NCBI GenBank assembly: GCA_964016885.1 | Contig: OZ024748.1 | Location: 37,324,001-37,388,000, forward strand | Reading direction: 5' to 3' | Length of the DNA stretch: 64,000 nt | Source of the DNA: Eledone cirrhosa | Taxonomy: Eukaryota | Shown here: in pieces, positions 1-15,000 of the stretch | Numbering within the stretch: the stretch's first letter is position 1 | How the letters are laid out: each line of letters starts with the position of its first letter | Translations under genes and position numbers: made by a program | Notes under the pieces: model-generated | Told to the model about the DNA's origin: nothing | Database searches by the model: none | The model's input: the letters and a program-made list of their open reading frames with translations, nothing else

Positions 1-3000
1 AACTACCTCTCGATCTAGTATGACAATGTCAGTGTCAGTGTTAACTACCACAAGATCTAGTGTGACAATGTTAGTGTCAGTGTTAACTACCTCTAGATAT
101 AGTATGTCAGTGTCAGTGTTTACTACCTCTAGATCTAGTATGACAATGTTAGTGTCAGTGTTAACTACGTCTAGATCTAGTGTGACAATGTTAGTGTCAG
201 TGTTAACTACCTCTAGATATAGTATGACAATGTCAGTGTCAGTGTTAACTACCTCTAGATCTAGTATGACAATGTCAGTGTCAGTGTTAACTACCTCTAG
301 ATCTAGTATGACAATGTCAGTGTCAGTGTTAACTACCACTAGATCTAGTATGACAATGTCAGTGTCAGTGTCAACTACCACAAGATCTAGTGTGACAATG
401 TTAGTGTCAGTGTTAACTACCTCTAGATCTAGTATGACAATGTCAGAGTTAACTACCTCTAGATCTAGTATGACAATGTCAGTGTCAGTGTTAACAACCT
501 CTAGATCTACTATGACAATGTCAGTGTCAGTGTTAACTACCACTAGATCTAGTATGACAATGTCAGAGTTAACTACCTCTAGATCTAATATGACAATGTC
601 CGTGTCAGTGTTAACTACCTCTAGATCTAGTGTGACAATGTTAGTGTCAGTGTTAACTACCTCTAGATCTAGTATGACATTGTTAGTGTCAGTGTTAACT
701 ACCACTAGGTCTAGTATGACAATGTCAGTGTCAGTGTTAACTACCTCTAGATATAGTATGACAATGTCAGTGTCAGTGTTAACTACCTCTAGATCTAGTA
801 TGACAATGTCAGTGTCAGTGTTAACTACCACAAGATCTAGTGTGACAATGTTAGTGTCAGTGTTAACTACCTCTAGATATAGTATGACAATGTCAGTGTC
901 AGTGTTTACTACCTCTAGATCTAGTATGACAATGTTAGTGTCAGTGTTAACTACCTCTAGATCTAGTGTGACAATGTTAGTGTCAGTGTTAACTACCTCT
1001 AGATATAGTATGACAATGTCAGTGTCAGTGTTAACTACCACAAGATCTAGTGTGACAATGTTAGTGTCAGTGTTAACTACCTGTAGATATAGTATGACAA
1101 TGTCAGTGTCAGTGTTTACTACCTCTAGATCTAGTATGACAATGTTAGTGTCAGTGTTAACTACCTCTAGATCTAGTGTGACAATGTTAGTGTCAGTGTT
1201 AACTACCTCTAGATCTAGTATGACAATGTCAGTGTCAGTGTTAACTACCTCTAGATCTAGTATGACAATGTCAGTGTCAGTGTTAACTACCTCTAGATCT
1301 AGTATGACAATGTTAGTGTCAGTGTTAACTACCTCTAGATCTAGTATGACAATGTTAGTGTCAGTGTTAACTACCTCTAGATCTAGTGTGACAATGTTAG
1401 TGTCAGTGTTAACTACCTCTAGATCTAGTATGACAAAGTCAGTGTCAGTGTTAACTACCTCTAGATCTAGAATGACAATGTCAGTGTCAGGGTTAACTAC
1501 CTCTAGATCTAGTATGACAATGTTAGTGTCAGTGTTAACTACCACTAGATCTAGTGTGACAATGTTAGTGTCAGTGTTAACTACCACTAGATCTAGTATG
1601 ACAATGTCAGTGTCACTGTTAACTACCTCTAGATCTAGTGTGACAATGTTAGTGTCAGTGTTAACTACCACTAGATCTAGTGTGACAATGTTAGTGTCAG
1701 TGTTAACTAGCACTAGATCTAGTATGACAATGTCAGTGTCAGTGTTAACTACCTCTAGATCTAGTATGACAATGTTAGTGTCAGTGTTAACTACCTCTAG
1801 ATCTAGTGTGACAATGTCAGTGTCAGTGTTAACTACCTCTAGATCTAGTATGACAATGTTAGTGTCAGTGTTAACTATCTCTAGATCTAGTGTGACAATG
1901 TTAGTGTCAGTGTTAACTACCTCTAGATATAGTATGACAATGTCAGTGTCAGTGTTAACTACCTCTCGATCTAGTATGACAATGTCAGTGTCAGTGATAA
2001 CTACCACAAGATCTAGTGTGACAATGTTAGTGTCAGTGTTAACTACCTCTAGATATAGTAAGACAATGTCAGTGTCAGTGTTTACTACCTCTAGATCTAG
2101 TATGACAATGTTAGTGTCAGTGTTAACTACCTCTAGATCTAGTGTGACAATGTTAGTGTCAATGTTAACTACCTCTAGATATAGTATGACAATGTCAGTG
2201 TCAGTGTTAACTACCTCTAGATCTAGTATGACAATGTCAGTGTCAGTGTTAACTACCTCTAGATCTATTATGACAATGTCAGTGTCAGTGTTAACTACCA
2301 CTAGATCTAGTATGACAATGTCAGTGTCAGTGTTAACTACCACAAGATCTAGTATGACAATGTCAGAGTTAACTACCTCTAGATCTAGTATGACAATGTC
2401 AGTGTCAGTGTTAACTACCTCTAGATCTAGTATGACAATGTCAGTGTCAGTGTTAACAACCTCTAGATCTACTATGACAATGGCAGTTTCAGTGTTAACT
2501 ACCACTAGATCTAGTATGACAATGTCAGAGTTAACTACCTCTAGATCTAATATGACAATGTCAGTGTCAGTGTTAACTACCTCTAGATCTAGTGTGACAA
2601 TGTTAGTGTCAGTGTTAACTACCTCTAGATCTAGTATGACAATGTTAGTGTCAGTGTTAACTACCACTAGGTCTAGTATGACAATGTCAGTGTCAGTGTT
2701 AACTACCTCTAGATCTACTATGACAATGTCAGTGTCAGTGTTAACTACCTCTAGATCTAGTATGACAATGTTAGTGTCAGTGTTAACTACCACTAGATCT
2801 AGTATGACAATGTCAGTGTCAGTGTTAACTACCTCTAGATCTAGTATGACAATGTTAGTGTCAGTGTTAACTACCTCTAGATCTAGTATGACAATGTTAG
2901 TGTCAGTGTTAACTACCTCTAGATCTAGTGTGACAATGTTAGTGTCAGTGTTAACTACCTCTAGATCTAGTATGACAATGTCAGTGTCAGTGTTAACTAT

Positions 3001-6000
3001 CTCTAGATCTAGTATGACAATATCAGTGTCAGGGTTAACTACCTCTAGATCAAGTATGACAATGTTAGTGTCAGTGTTAACTACCACTAGATCTAGTATG
3101 ACAATGTCAGTGTCAGTGTTAACTACCTCTAGATCTAGTGTGACAATGTTAGTGTCAGTGTTAACTACCACTAGATCTAGTATGACAATGTCAGTGTCAG
3201 TGTTAACTACCTCTAGATCTAGTATGACAATGTTAGTGTCAGTGTTAACTACCTCTAGATCTAGTGTGACAATGTCAGTGTCAGTGTTAACTACCTCTAG
3301 ATCTAGTATGACAATGTTAGTGTCAGTGTTAACTATCTCTAGATCTAGTGTGACAATGTTAGTGTCAGTGTTAACTACCTCTAGATATAGTATGACAATG
3401 TCAGTGTCAGTGTTTACTACCTCTAGATCTAGTATGACAATGTCAGTGTCAGTGTTAACTACCTCTAGATCTAGTGTGACAATGTTAGTGTCAGTGTTAA
3501 CTACCTCTAGATATAGTATGACAATGTCAGTGTCAGTGTTTACTACCTCTAGATCTAGTATGACAATGTTAGTGTCAGTGTTAACTACCTCTAGATCTAG
3601 TGTGACAATGTTAGTGTCAGTGTTAACTACCTCTAGATATAGTATGACAATGTCAGTGTCAGTGTTAACTACCTCTAGATCTAGTATGACAATGTCAGTG
3701 TCAGTGTTAACTACCTCTAGATCTAGTATGACAATGTCAGTGTCAGTGTTAACTACCACTAGATCTAGTATGACAATGTCAGTATCAGTGTTAACTACCA
3801 CAAGATCTAGTGTGACAATGTTAGTGTTAGTGTTAACTACCTCTAGATCTAGTATGACAATGTCAGAGTTAACTACCTCTAGATCTAGTATGACAATGTT
3901 AGTGTCAGTGTTAACTACCTCTAGATCTAGTATGACAATGTCAGTGTCAGTGTTAACAACCTCTAGATCTACTATGACAATGTCAGTGTCAGTGTTAACT
4001 ACCACTAGATCTAGTATGACAATGTTAGTGTCAGTGTTAACTATCTCTAGATCTAGTGTGACAATGTTAGTGTCAGTGTTAACTACCTCTAGATATAGTA
4101 TGACAATGTCAGTGTCAGTGTTAACTACCTCTCGATCTAGTATGACAATGTCAGTGTCAGTGATAACTACCACAAGATCTAGTGTGACAATGTTAGTGTC
4201 AGTGTTAACTACCTCTAGATATAGTAAGACAATGTCAGTGTCAGTGTTTACTACCTCTAGATCTAGTATGACAATGTTAGTGTCAGTGTTAACTACCTCT
4301 AGATCTAGTGTGACAATGTTAGTGTCAATGTTAACTACCTCTAGATATAGTATGACAATGTCAGTGTCAGTGTTAACTACCTCTAGATCTAGTATGACAA
4401 TGTCAGTGTCAGTGTTAACTACCTCTAGATCTATTATGACAATGTCAGTGTCAGTGTTAACTACCACTAGATCTAGTATGACAATGTCAGTGTCAGTGTT
4501 AACTACCACAAGATCTAGTGTGACAATGTTAGTGTCAGTGTTAACTACCTCTAGATCTAGTATGACAATGTCAGTGTTAACTACCTCTAGATCTAGTATG
4601 ACAATGTCAGTGTTAACTACCTCTAGATCTAGTATGACAATGTCAGTGTCAGTGTTAACTACCTCTAGATCTAGTATGACAATGTCAGTGTCAGTGTTAA
4701 CAACCTCTAGATCTACTATGACAATGGCAGTTTCAGTGTTAACTACCACTAGATCTAGTATGACAATGTCAGAGTTAACTACCTCTAGATCTAATATGAC
4801 AATGTCAGTGTCAGTGTTAACTACCTCTAGATCTAGTGTGACAATGTTAGTGTCAGTGTTAACTACCTCTAGATCTAGTATGACAATGTTAGTGTCAGTG
4901 TTAACTACCACTAGGTCTAGTATGACAATGTCAGTGTCAGTGTTAACTACCTCTAGATCTACTATGACAATGTCAGTGTCAGTGTTAACTACCTCTAGAT
5001 CTAGTATGACAATGTTAGTGTCAGTGTTAACTACCACTAGATCTAGTATGACAATGTCAGTGTCAGTGTTAACTACCTCTAGATCTAGTATGACAATGTT
5101 AGTGTCAGTGTTAACTACCTCTAGATCTAGTATGACAATGTTAGTGTCAGTGTTAACTACCTCTAGATCTAGTGTGACAATGTTAGTGTCAGTGTTAACT
5201 ACCTCTAGATCTAGTATGACAATGTCAGTGTCAGTGTTAACTATCTCTAGATCTAGTATGACAATATCAGTGTCAGGGTTAACTACCTCTAGATCAAGTA
5301 TGACAATGTTAGTGTCAGTGTTAACTACCACTAGATCTAGTATGACAATGTCAGTGTCAGTGTTAACTACCTCTAGATCTAGTGTGACAATGTTAGTGTC
5401 AGTGTTAACTACCACTAGATCTAGTATGACAATGTCAGTGTCAGTGTTAACTACCTCTAGATCTAGTATGACAATGTTAGTGTCAGTGTTAACTACCTCT
5501 AGATCTAGTGTGACAATGTCAGTGTCAGTGTTAACTACCTCTAGATCTAGTATGACAATGTTAGTGTCAGTGTTAACTATCTCTAGATCTAGTGTGACAA
5601 TGTTAGTGTCAGGGTTAACTACCTCTAGATATAGTATGACAATGTCAGTGTCAGTGTTTACTACCTCTAGATCTAGTATGACAATGTCAGTGTCAGTGTT
5701 AACTACCTCTAGATCTAGTGTGACAATGTTAGTGTCAGTGTTAACTACCTCTAGATATAGTATGACAATGTCAGTGTCAGTGTTTACTACCTCTAGATCT
5801 AGTATGACAATGTTAGTGTCAGTGTTAACTACCTCTAGATCTAGTGTGACAATGTTAGTGTCAGTGTTAACTACCTCTAGATATAGTATGACAATGTCAG
5901 TGTCAGTGTTAACTACCTCTAGATCTAGTATGACAATGTCAGTGTCAGTGTTAACTACCTCTAGATCTAGTATGACAATGTCAGTGTCAGTGTTAACTAC

Positions 6001-9000
6001 CACTAGATCTAGTATGACAATGTCAGTATCAGTGTTAACTACCACAAGATCTAGTGTGACAATGTTAGTGTTAGTGTTAACTACCTCTAGATCTAGTATG
6101 ACAATGTCAGAGTTAACTACCTCTAGATCTAGTATGACAATGTCAGTGTCAGTGTTAACTACCTCTAGATCTAGTATGACAATGTCAGTGTCAGTGTTAA
6201 CAACCTCTAGATCTACTATGACAATGTCAGTGTCAGTGTTAACTACCACTAGATCTAGTATGACAATGTCAGAGTTAACTACCTCTAGATCTAATATGAC
6301 AATGTCAGTGTCAGTGTTAACTACCTCTAGATCTAGTGTGACAATGTTAGTGTCAGTGTTAACTACCTCTAGATCTAGTATGACAATGTTAGTGTCAGTG
6401 TTAACTACCACTAGGTCTAGTATGACAATGTCAGTGTCAGTGTTAACTACCTCTAGATATAGTATGACAATGTCAGTGTCAGTGTTAACTACCACTAGAT
6501 CTAGTATGACAATGTCAGTGTCAGTGTTAACTACCACAAGATCTAGTGTGACAATGTTAGTGTCAGTGTTAACTACCTCTAGATATAGTATGACAATGTC
6601 AGTGTCAGTGTTTACTACCTCTAGATCTAGTATGACAATGTTAGTGTCAGTGTTAACTACCTCTAGATCTAGTGTGACAATGTTAGTGTCAGTGTTAACT
6701 ACCTCTAGATATAGTATGACAATGTCAGTGTCAGTGTTAACTACCACAAGATCTAGTGTGACAATGTTAGTGTCAGTGTTAACTACCTGTAGATATAGTA
6801 TGACAATGTCAGTGTCAGTGTTTACTACCTCTAGATCTAGTATGACAATGTTAGTGTCAGTGTTAACTACCTCTAGATCTAGTGTGACAATGTTAGTGTC
6901 AGTGTTAACTACCTCTAGATCTAGTATGACAATGTCAGTGTCAGTGTTAACTACCTCTAGATCTAGTATGACAATGTTAGTGTCAGTGTTAACTAACACT
7001 AGATCTAGTATGACAATGTCAGTGTCAGTGTTAACTACCTCTAGATCTAGTATGACAATGTTAGTGTCAGTGTTAACTACCTCTAGATCTAGTGTGACAA
7101 TGTTAGTGTCAGTGTTAACTACCTCTAGATCTAGTATGACAATGTCAGTGTCAGTGTTAACTACCTCTAGATCTAGTATGACAATGTCAGTGTCAGGGTT
7201 AACTACCTCTAGATCTAGTATGACCATGTTAGTGTCAGTGTTAACTACCACTAGATCTAGTGTGACAATGTTAGTGTCAGTGTTAACTACCACTAGATCT
7301 AGTATGACAATGTCAGTGTCACTGTTAACTACCTCTAGATCTAGTGTGACAATGTTAGTGTCAGTGTTAACTACCACTAGATCTAGTGTGACAATGTTAG
7401 TGTCAGTGTTAACTACCACTAGATCTAGTATGACAATGTCAGTGTCAGTGTTAACTACCTCTAGATCTAGTATGACAATGTTAGTGTCAGTGTTAACTAC
7501 CTCTAGATCTAGTGTGACAATGTCAGTGTCAGTGTTAACTACCTCTAGATCTAGTATGACAATGTTAGTGTCAGTGTTAACTATCTCTAGATCTAGTGTG
7601 ACAATGTTAGTGTCAGTGTTAACTACCTCTAGATATAGTATGACAATGTCAGTGTCAGTGTTAACTACCTCTCGATCTAGTATGACAATGTCAGTGTCAG
7701 TGATAACTACCACAAGATCTAGTGTGACAATGTTAGTGTCAGTGTTAACTACCTCAAGATATAGTAAGACAATGTCAGTGTCAGTGTTTACTACCTCTAG
7801 ATCTAGTATGACAATGTTAGTGTCAGTGTTAACTACCTCTAGATCTAGTGTGACAATGTTAGTGTCAATGTTAACTACCTCTAGATATAGTATGACAATG
7901 TCAGTGTCAGTGTTAACTACCTCTAGATCAAGTATGACAATGTCAGTGTCAGTGTTAACTACCTCTAGATCTATTATGACAATGTCAGTGTCAGTGTTAA
8001 TTACCACTAGATCTAGTATGACAATGTCAGTGTCAGTGTTAACTACCACAAGATCTAGTGTGACAATGTTAGTGTCAGTGTTAACTACCTCTAGATCTAG
8101 TATGACAATGTCAGAGTTAACTACCTCTAGATCTAGTATGACAATGTCAGTGTCAGTGTTAACTACCTCTAGATCTAGTACGACAATGTCAGTGTCAGTG
8201 TTAACAACCTCTAGATCTACTATGACAATGTCAGTGTCAGTGTTAACTACCACTAGATCTAGTATGACAATGTCAGAGTTAACTACCTCTAGATCTAATA
8301 TGACAATGTCAGTGTCAGTGTTAACTACCTCTAGATCTAGTGTGACAATGTTAGTGTCAGTGTTAACTACCTCTAGATCTAGTATGACAATGTTAGTGTC
8401 AGTGTTAACTACCACTAGGTCTAGTATGACAATGTCAGTGTCAGTGTTAACTACCTCTAGATCTAGTATGACAATGTCAGTGTCAGTGTTAACTACCTCT
8501 AGATCTAGTATGACAATGTTAGTGTCAGTGTTAACTACCACTAGATCTAGTATGACAATGTCAGTGTCAGTGTTAACTACCTCTAGATCTAGTATGACAA
8601 TGTTAGTGTCAGTGTTAACTACCTCTAGATCTAGTATGACAATGTCAGTGTCAGTGTTAACTACCTCTAGATCTAGTATGACAATGTCAGTGTCAGGGTT
8701 AACTACCTCTAGATCTAGTATGACAATGTTAGTGTCAGTGTTAACTACCACTAGATCTAGGGTGACAATGTTAGTGTCAGTGTTAACTACCACTAGATAT
8801 AGTATGACAATGTCAGTGTCAGTGTTAACTACCTCTCGATCTAGTATGACAATGTCAGTGTCAGTGTTAACTACCACAAGATCTAGTGTGACAATGTTAG
8901 TGTCAGTGTTAACTACCTCTAGATATAGTATGACAATGTCAGTGTCAGTGTTTACTACCTCTAGATCTAGTATGACAATGTTAGTGTCAGTGTTAACTAC

Positions 9001-12000
9001 GTCTAGATCTAGTGTGACAATGTTAGTGTCAGTGTTAACTACCTCTAGATATAGTATGACAATGTCAGTGTCAGTGTTAACTACCTCTAGATCTAGTATG
9101 ACAATGTCAGTGTCAGTGTTAACTACCTCTAGATCTAGTATGACAATGTCAGTGTCAGTGTTAACTACCACTAGATCTAGTATGACAATGTCAGTGTCAG
9201 TGTTAACTACCACAAGATCTAGTGTGACAATGTTAGTGTCAGTGTTAACTACCTCTAGATCTAGTATGACAATGTCAGAGTTAACTACCTCTAGATCTAG
9301 TATGACAATGTCAGTGTCAGTGTTAACAACCTCTAGATCTACTATGACAATGTCAGTGTCAGTGTTAACTACCACTAGATCTAGTATGACAATGTCAGAG
9401 TTAACTACCTCTAGATCTAATATGACAATGTCCGTGTCAGTGTTAACTACCTCTAGATCTAGTGTGACAATGTTAGTGTCAGTGTTAACTACCTCTAGAT
9501 CTAGTATGACATTGTTAGTGTCAGTGTTAACTACCACTAGGTCTAGTATGACAATGTCAGTGTCAGTGTTAACTACCTCTAGATATAGTATGACAATGTC
9601 AGTGTCAGTGTTAACTACCTCTAGATCTAGTATGACAATGTCAGTGTCAGTGTTAACTACCACAAGATCTAGTGTGACAATGTTAGTGTCAGTGTTAACT
9701 ACCTCTAGATATAGTATGACAATGTCAGTGTCAGTGTTTACTACCTCTAGATCTAGTATGACAATGTTAGTGTCAGTGTTAACTACCTCTAGATCTAGTG
9801 TGACAATGTTAGTGTCAGTGTTAACTACCTCTAGATATAGTATGACAATGTCAGTGTCAGTGTTAACTACCACAAGATCTAGTGTGACAATGTTAGTGTC
9901 AGTGTTAACTACCTGTAGATATAGTATGACAATGTCAGTGTCAGTGTTTACTACCTCTAGATCTAGTATGACAATGTTAGTGTCAGTGTTAACTACCTCT
10001 AGATCTAGTGTGACAATGTTAGTGTCAGTGTTAACTACCTCTAGATCTAGTATGACAATGTCAGTGTCAGTGTTAACTACCTCTAGATCTAGTATGACAA
10101 TGTTAGTGTCAGTGTTAACTAACACTAGATCTAGTATGACAATGTCAGTGTCAGTGTTAATTACCTCTAGATCTAGTATGACAATGTTAGTGTCAGTGTT
10201 AACTACCTCTAGATCTAGTATGACAATGTTAGTGTCAGTGTTAACTACCTCTAGATCTAGTGTGACAATGTTAGTGTCAGTGTTAACTACCTCTAGATCT
10301 AGTATGACAAAGTCAGTGTCAGTGTTAACTACCTCTAGATCTAGTATGACAATGTCAGTGTCAGGGTTAACTACCTCTAGATCTAGTATGACAATGTTAG
10401 TGTCAGTGTTAACTACCACTAGATCTAGTGTGACAATGTTAGTGTCAGTGTTAACTACCACTAGATCTAGTATGACAATGTCAGTGTCACTGTTAACTAC
10501 CTCTAGATCTAGTGTGACAATGTTAGTGTCAGTGTTAACTACCACTAGATCTAGTGTGACAATGTTAGTGTCAGTGTTAACTAGCACTAGATCTAGTATG
10601 ACAATGTCAGTGTCAGTGTTAACTACCTCTAGATCTAGTATGACAATGTTAGTGTCAGTGTTAACTACCTCTAGATCTAGTGTGACAATGTCAGTGTCAG
10701 TGTTAACTACCTCTAGATCTAGTATGACAATGTTAGTGTCAGTGTTAACTATCTCTAGATCTAGTGTGACAATGTTAGTGTCAGTGTTAACTACCTCTAG
10801 ATATAGTATGACAATGTCAGTGTCAGTGTTAACTACCTCTCGATCTAGTATGACAATGTCAGTGTCAGTGATAACTACCACAAGATCTAGTGTGACAATG
10901 TTAGTGTCAGTGTTAACTACCTCTAGATATAGTAAGACAATGTCAGTGTCAGTGTTTACTACCTCTAGATCTAGTATGACAATGTTAGTGTCAGTGTTAA
11001 CTACCTCTAGATCTAGTGTGACAATGTTAGTGTCAATGTTAACTACCTCTAGATATAGTATGACAATGTCAGTGTCAGTGTTAACTACCTCTAGATCTAG
11101 TATGACAATGTCAGTGTCAGTGTTAACTACCTCTAGATCTATTATGACAATGTCAGTGTCAGTGTTAACTACCACTAGATCTAGTATGACAATGTCAGTG
11201 TCAGTGTTAACTACCACAAGATCTAGTGTGACAATGTTAGTGTCAGTGTTAACTACCTCTAGATCTAGTATGACAATGTCAGAGTTAACTACCTCTAGAT
11301 CTAGTATGACAATGTCAGTGTCAGTGTTAACTACCTCTAGATCTAGTATGACAATGTCAGTGTCAGTGTTAACAACCTCTAGATCTACTATGACAATGGC
11401 AGTTTCAGTGTTAACTACCACTAGATCTAGTATGACAATGTCAGAGTTAACTACCTCTAGATCTAATATGACAATGTCAGTGTCAGTGTTAACTACCTCT
11501 AGATCTAGTGTGACAATGTTAGTGTCAGTGTTAACTACCTCTAGATCTAGTATGACAATGTTAGTGTCAGTGTTAACTACCACTAGGTCTAGTATGACAA
11601 TGTCAGTGTCAGTGTTAACTACCTCTAGATCTACTATGACAATGTCAGTGTCAGTGTTAACTACCTCTAGATCTAGTATGACAATGTTAGTGTCAGTGTT
11701 AACTACCACTAGATCTAGTATGACAATGTCAGTGTCAGTGTTAACTACCTCTAGATCTAGTATGACAATGTTAGTGTCAGTGTTAACTACCTCTAGATCT
11801 AGTATGACAATGTTAGTGTCAGTGTTAACTACCTCTAGATCTAGTGTGACAATGTTAGTGTCAGTGTTAACTACCTCTAGATCTAGTATGACAATGTCAG
11901 TGTCAGTGTTAACTATCTCTAGATCTAGTATGACAATATCAGTGTCAGGGTTAACTACCTCTAGATCAAGTATGACAATGTTAGTGTCAGTGTTAACTAC

Positions 12001-15000
12001 CACTAGATCTAGTATGACAATGTCAGTGTCAGTGTTAACTACCTCTAGATCTAGTGTGACAATGTTAGTGTCAGTGTTAACTACCACTAGATCTAGTATA
12101 ACAATGTCAGTGTCAGTGTTAACTACCTCTAGATCTAGTATGACAATGTTAGTGTCAGTGTTAACTACCTCTAGATCTAGTGTGACAATGTCAGTGTCAG
12201 TGTTAACTACCTCTAGATCTAGTATGACAATGTTAGTGTCAGTGTTAACTATCTCTAGATCTAGTGTGACAATGTTAGTGTCAGTGTTAACTACCTCTAG
12301 ATATAGTATGACAATGTCAGTGTCAGTGTTTACTACCTCTAGATCTAGTATGACAATGTCAGTGTCAGTGTTAACTACCTCTAGATCTAGTGTGACAATG
12401 TTAGTGTCAGTGTTAACTACCTCTAGATATAGTATGACAATGTCAGTGTCAGTGTTTACTACCTCTAGATCTAGTATGACAATGTTAGTGTCAGTGTTAA
12501 CTACCTCTAGATCTAGTGTGACAATGTTAGTGTCAGTGTTAACTACCTCTAGATATAGTATGACAATGTCAGTGTCAGTGTTAACTACCTCTAGATCTAG
12601 TATGACAATGTCAGTGTCAGTGTTAACTACCTCTAGATCTAGTATGACAATGTCAGTGTCAGTGTTAACTACCACTAGATCTAGTATGACAATGTCAGTA
12701 TCAGTGTTAACTACCACAAGATCTAGTGTGACAATGTTAGTGTTAGTGTTAACTACCTCTAGATCTAGTATGACAATGTCAGAGTTAACTACCTCTAGAT
12801 CTAGTATGACAATGTCAGTGTCAGTGTTAACTACCTCTAGATCTAGTATGACAATGTCAGTGTCAGTGTTAACAACCTCTAGATCTACTATGACAATGTC
12901 AGTGTCAGTGTTAACTACCACTAGATCTAGTATGACAATGTCAGAGTTAACTACCTCTAGATCTAATATGACAATGTCAGTGTCAGTGTTAACTACCTCT
13001 AGATCTAGTGTGACAATGTTAGTGTCAGTGTTAACTACCTCTAGATCTAGTATGACAATGTTAGTGTCAGTGTTAACTACCACTAGGTCTAGTATGACAA
13101 TGTCAGTGTCAGTGTTAACTACCTCTAGATATAGTATGACAATGTCAGTGTCAGTGTTAACTACCACTAGATCTAGTGTGACAATGTCAGTGTCAGTGTT
13201 AACTACCACAAGATCTAGTGTGACAATGTTAGTGTCAGTGTTAACTACCTCTAGATATAGTATGACAATGTCAGTGTCAGTGTTTACTACCTCTAGATCT
13301 AGTATGACAATGTTAGTGTCAGTGTTAACTAACACTAGATCTAGTATGACAATGTCAGTGTCAGTGTTAACTACCTCTAGATCTAGTATGACAATGTTAG
13401 TGTCAGTGTTAACTACCTCTAGATCTAGTGTGACAATGTTAGTGTCAGTGTTAACTACCTCTAGATCTAGTATGACAATGTCAGTGTCAGTGTTAACTAC
13501 CTCTAGATCTAGTATGACAATGTCAGTGTCAGGGTTAACTACCTCTAGATCTAGTATGACAACGTTAGTGTCAGTGTTAACTACCACTAGATCTAGTGTG
13601 ACAATGTTAGTGTCAGTGTTAACTACCACTAGATCTAGTATGACAATGTCAGTGTCACTGTTAACTACCTCTAGATCTAGTGTGACAATGTTAGTGTCAG
13701 TGTTAACTACCACTAGATCTAGTGTGACAATGTTAGTGTCAGTGTTAACTACCACTAGATCTAGTATGACAATGTCAGTGTCAGTGTTAACTACCTCTAG
13801 ATCTAGTATGACAATGTTAGTGTCAGTGTTAACTACCTCTAGATCTAGTGTGACAATGTCAGTGTCAGTGTTAACTACCTCTAGATCTAGTATGACAATG
13901 TTAGTGTCAGTGTTAACTATCTCTAGATCTAGTGTGACAATGTTAGTGTCAGTGTTAACTACCTCTAGATATAGTATGACAATGTCAGTGTCAGTGTTAA
14001 CTACCTCTTGATCTAGTATGACAATGTCAGTGTCAGTGATAACTACCACAAGATCTAGTGTGACAATGTTAGTGTCAGTGTTAACTACCTCAAGATATAG
14101 TAAGACAATGTCAGTGTCAGTGTTTACTACCTCTAGATCTAGTATGACAATGTTAGTGTCAGTGTTAACTACCTCTAGATCTAGTGTGACAATGTTAGTG
14201 TCAATGTTAACTACCTCTAGATATAGTATGACAATGTCAGTGTCAGTGTTAACTACCTCTAGATCTAGTATGACAATGTCAGTGTCAGTGTTAACTACCT
14301 CTAGATCTATTATGACAATGTCAGTGTCAGTGTTAATTACCACTAGATCTAGTATGACAATGTCAGTGTCAGTGTTAACTACCACAAGATCTAGTGTGAC
14401 AATGTTAGTGTCAGTGTTAACTACCTCTAGATCTAGTATGACAATGTCAGAGTTAACTACCTCTAGATCTAGTATGACAATGTCAGTGTCAGTGTTAACT
14501 ACCTCTAGATCTAGTACGACAATGTCAGTGTCAGTGTTAACAACCTCTAGATCTACTATGACAATGTCAGTGTCAGTGTTAACTACCACTAGATCTAGTA
14601 TGACAATGTCAGAGTTAACTACCTCTAGATCTAATATGACAATGTCAGTGTCAGTGTTAACTACCTCTAGATCTAGTGTGACAATGTTAGTGTCAGTGTT
14701 AACTACCTCTAGATCTAGTATGACAATGTTAGTGTCAGTGTTAACTACCACTAGGTCTAGTATGACAATGTCAGTGTCAGTGTTAACTACCTCTAGATCT
14801 AGTATGACAATGTCAGTGTCAGTGTTAACTACCTCTAGATCTAGTATGACAATGTTAGTGTCAGTGTTAACTACCACTAGATCTAGTATGACAATGTCAG
14901 TGTCAGTGTTAACTACCTCTAGATCTAGTATGACAATGTTAGTGTCAGTGTTAACTACCTCTAGATCTAGTATGACAATGTTAGTGTCAGTGTTAACTAC

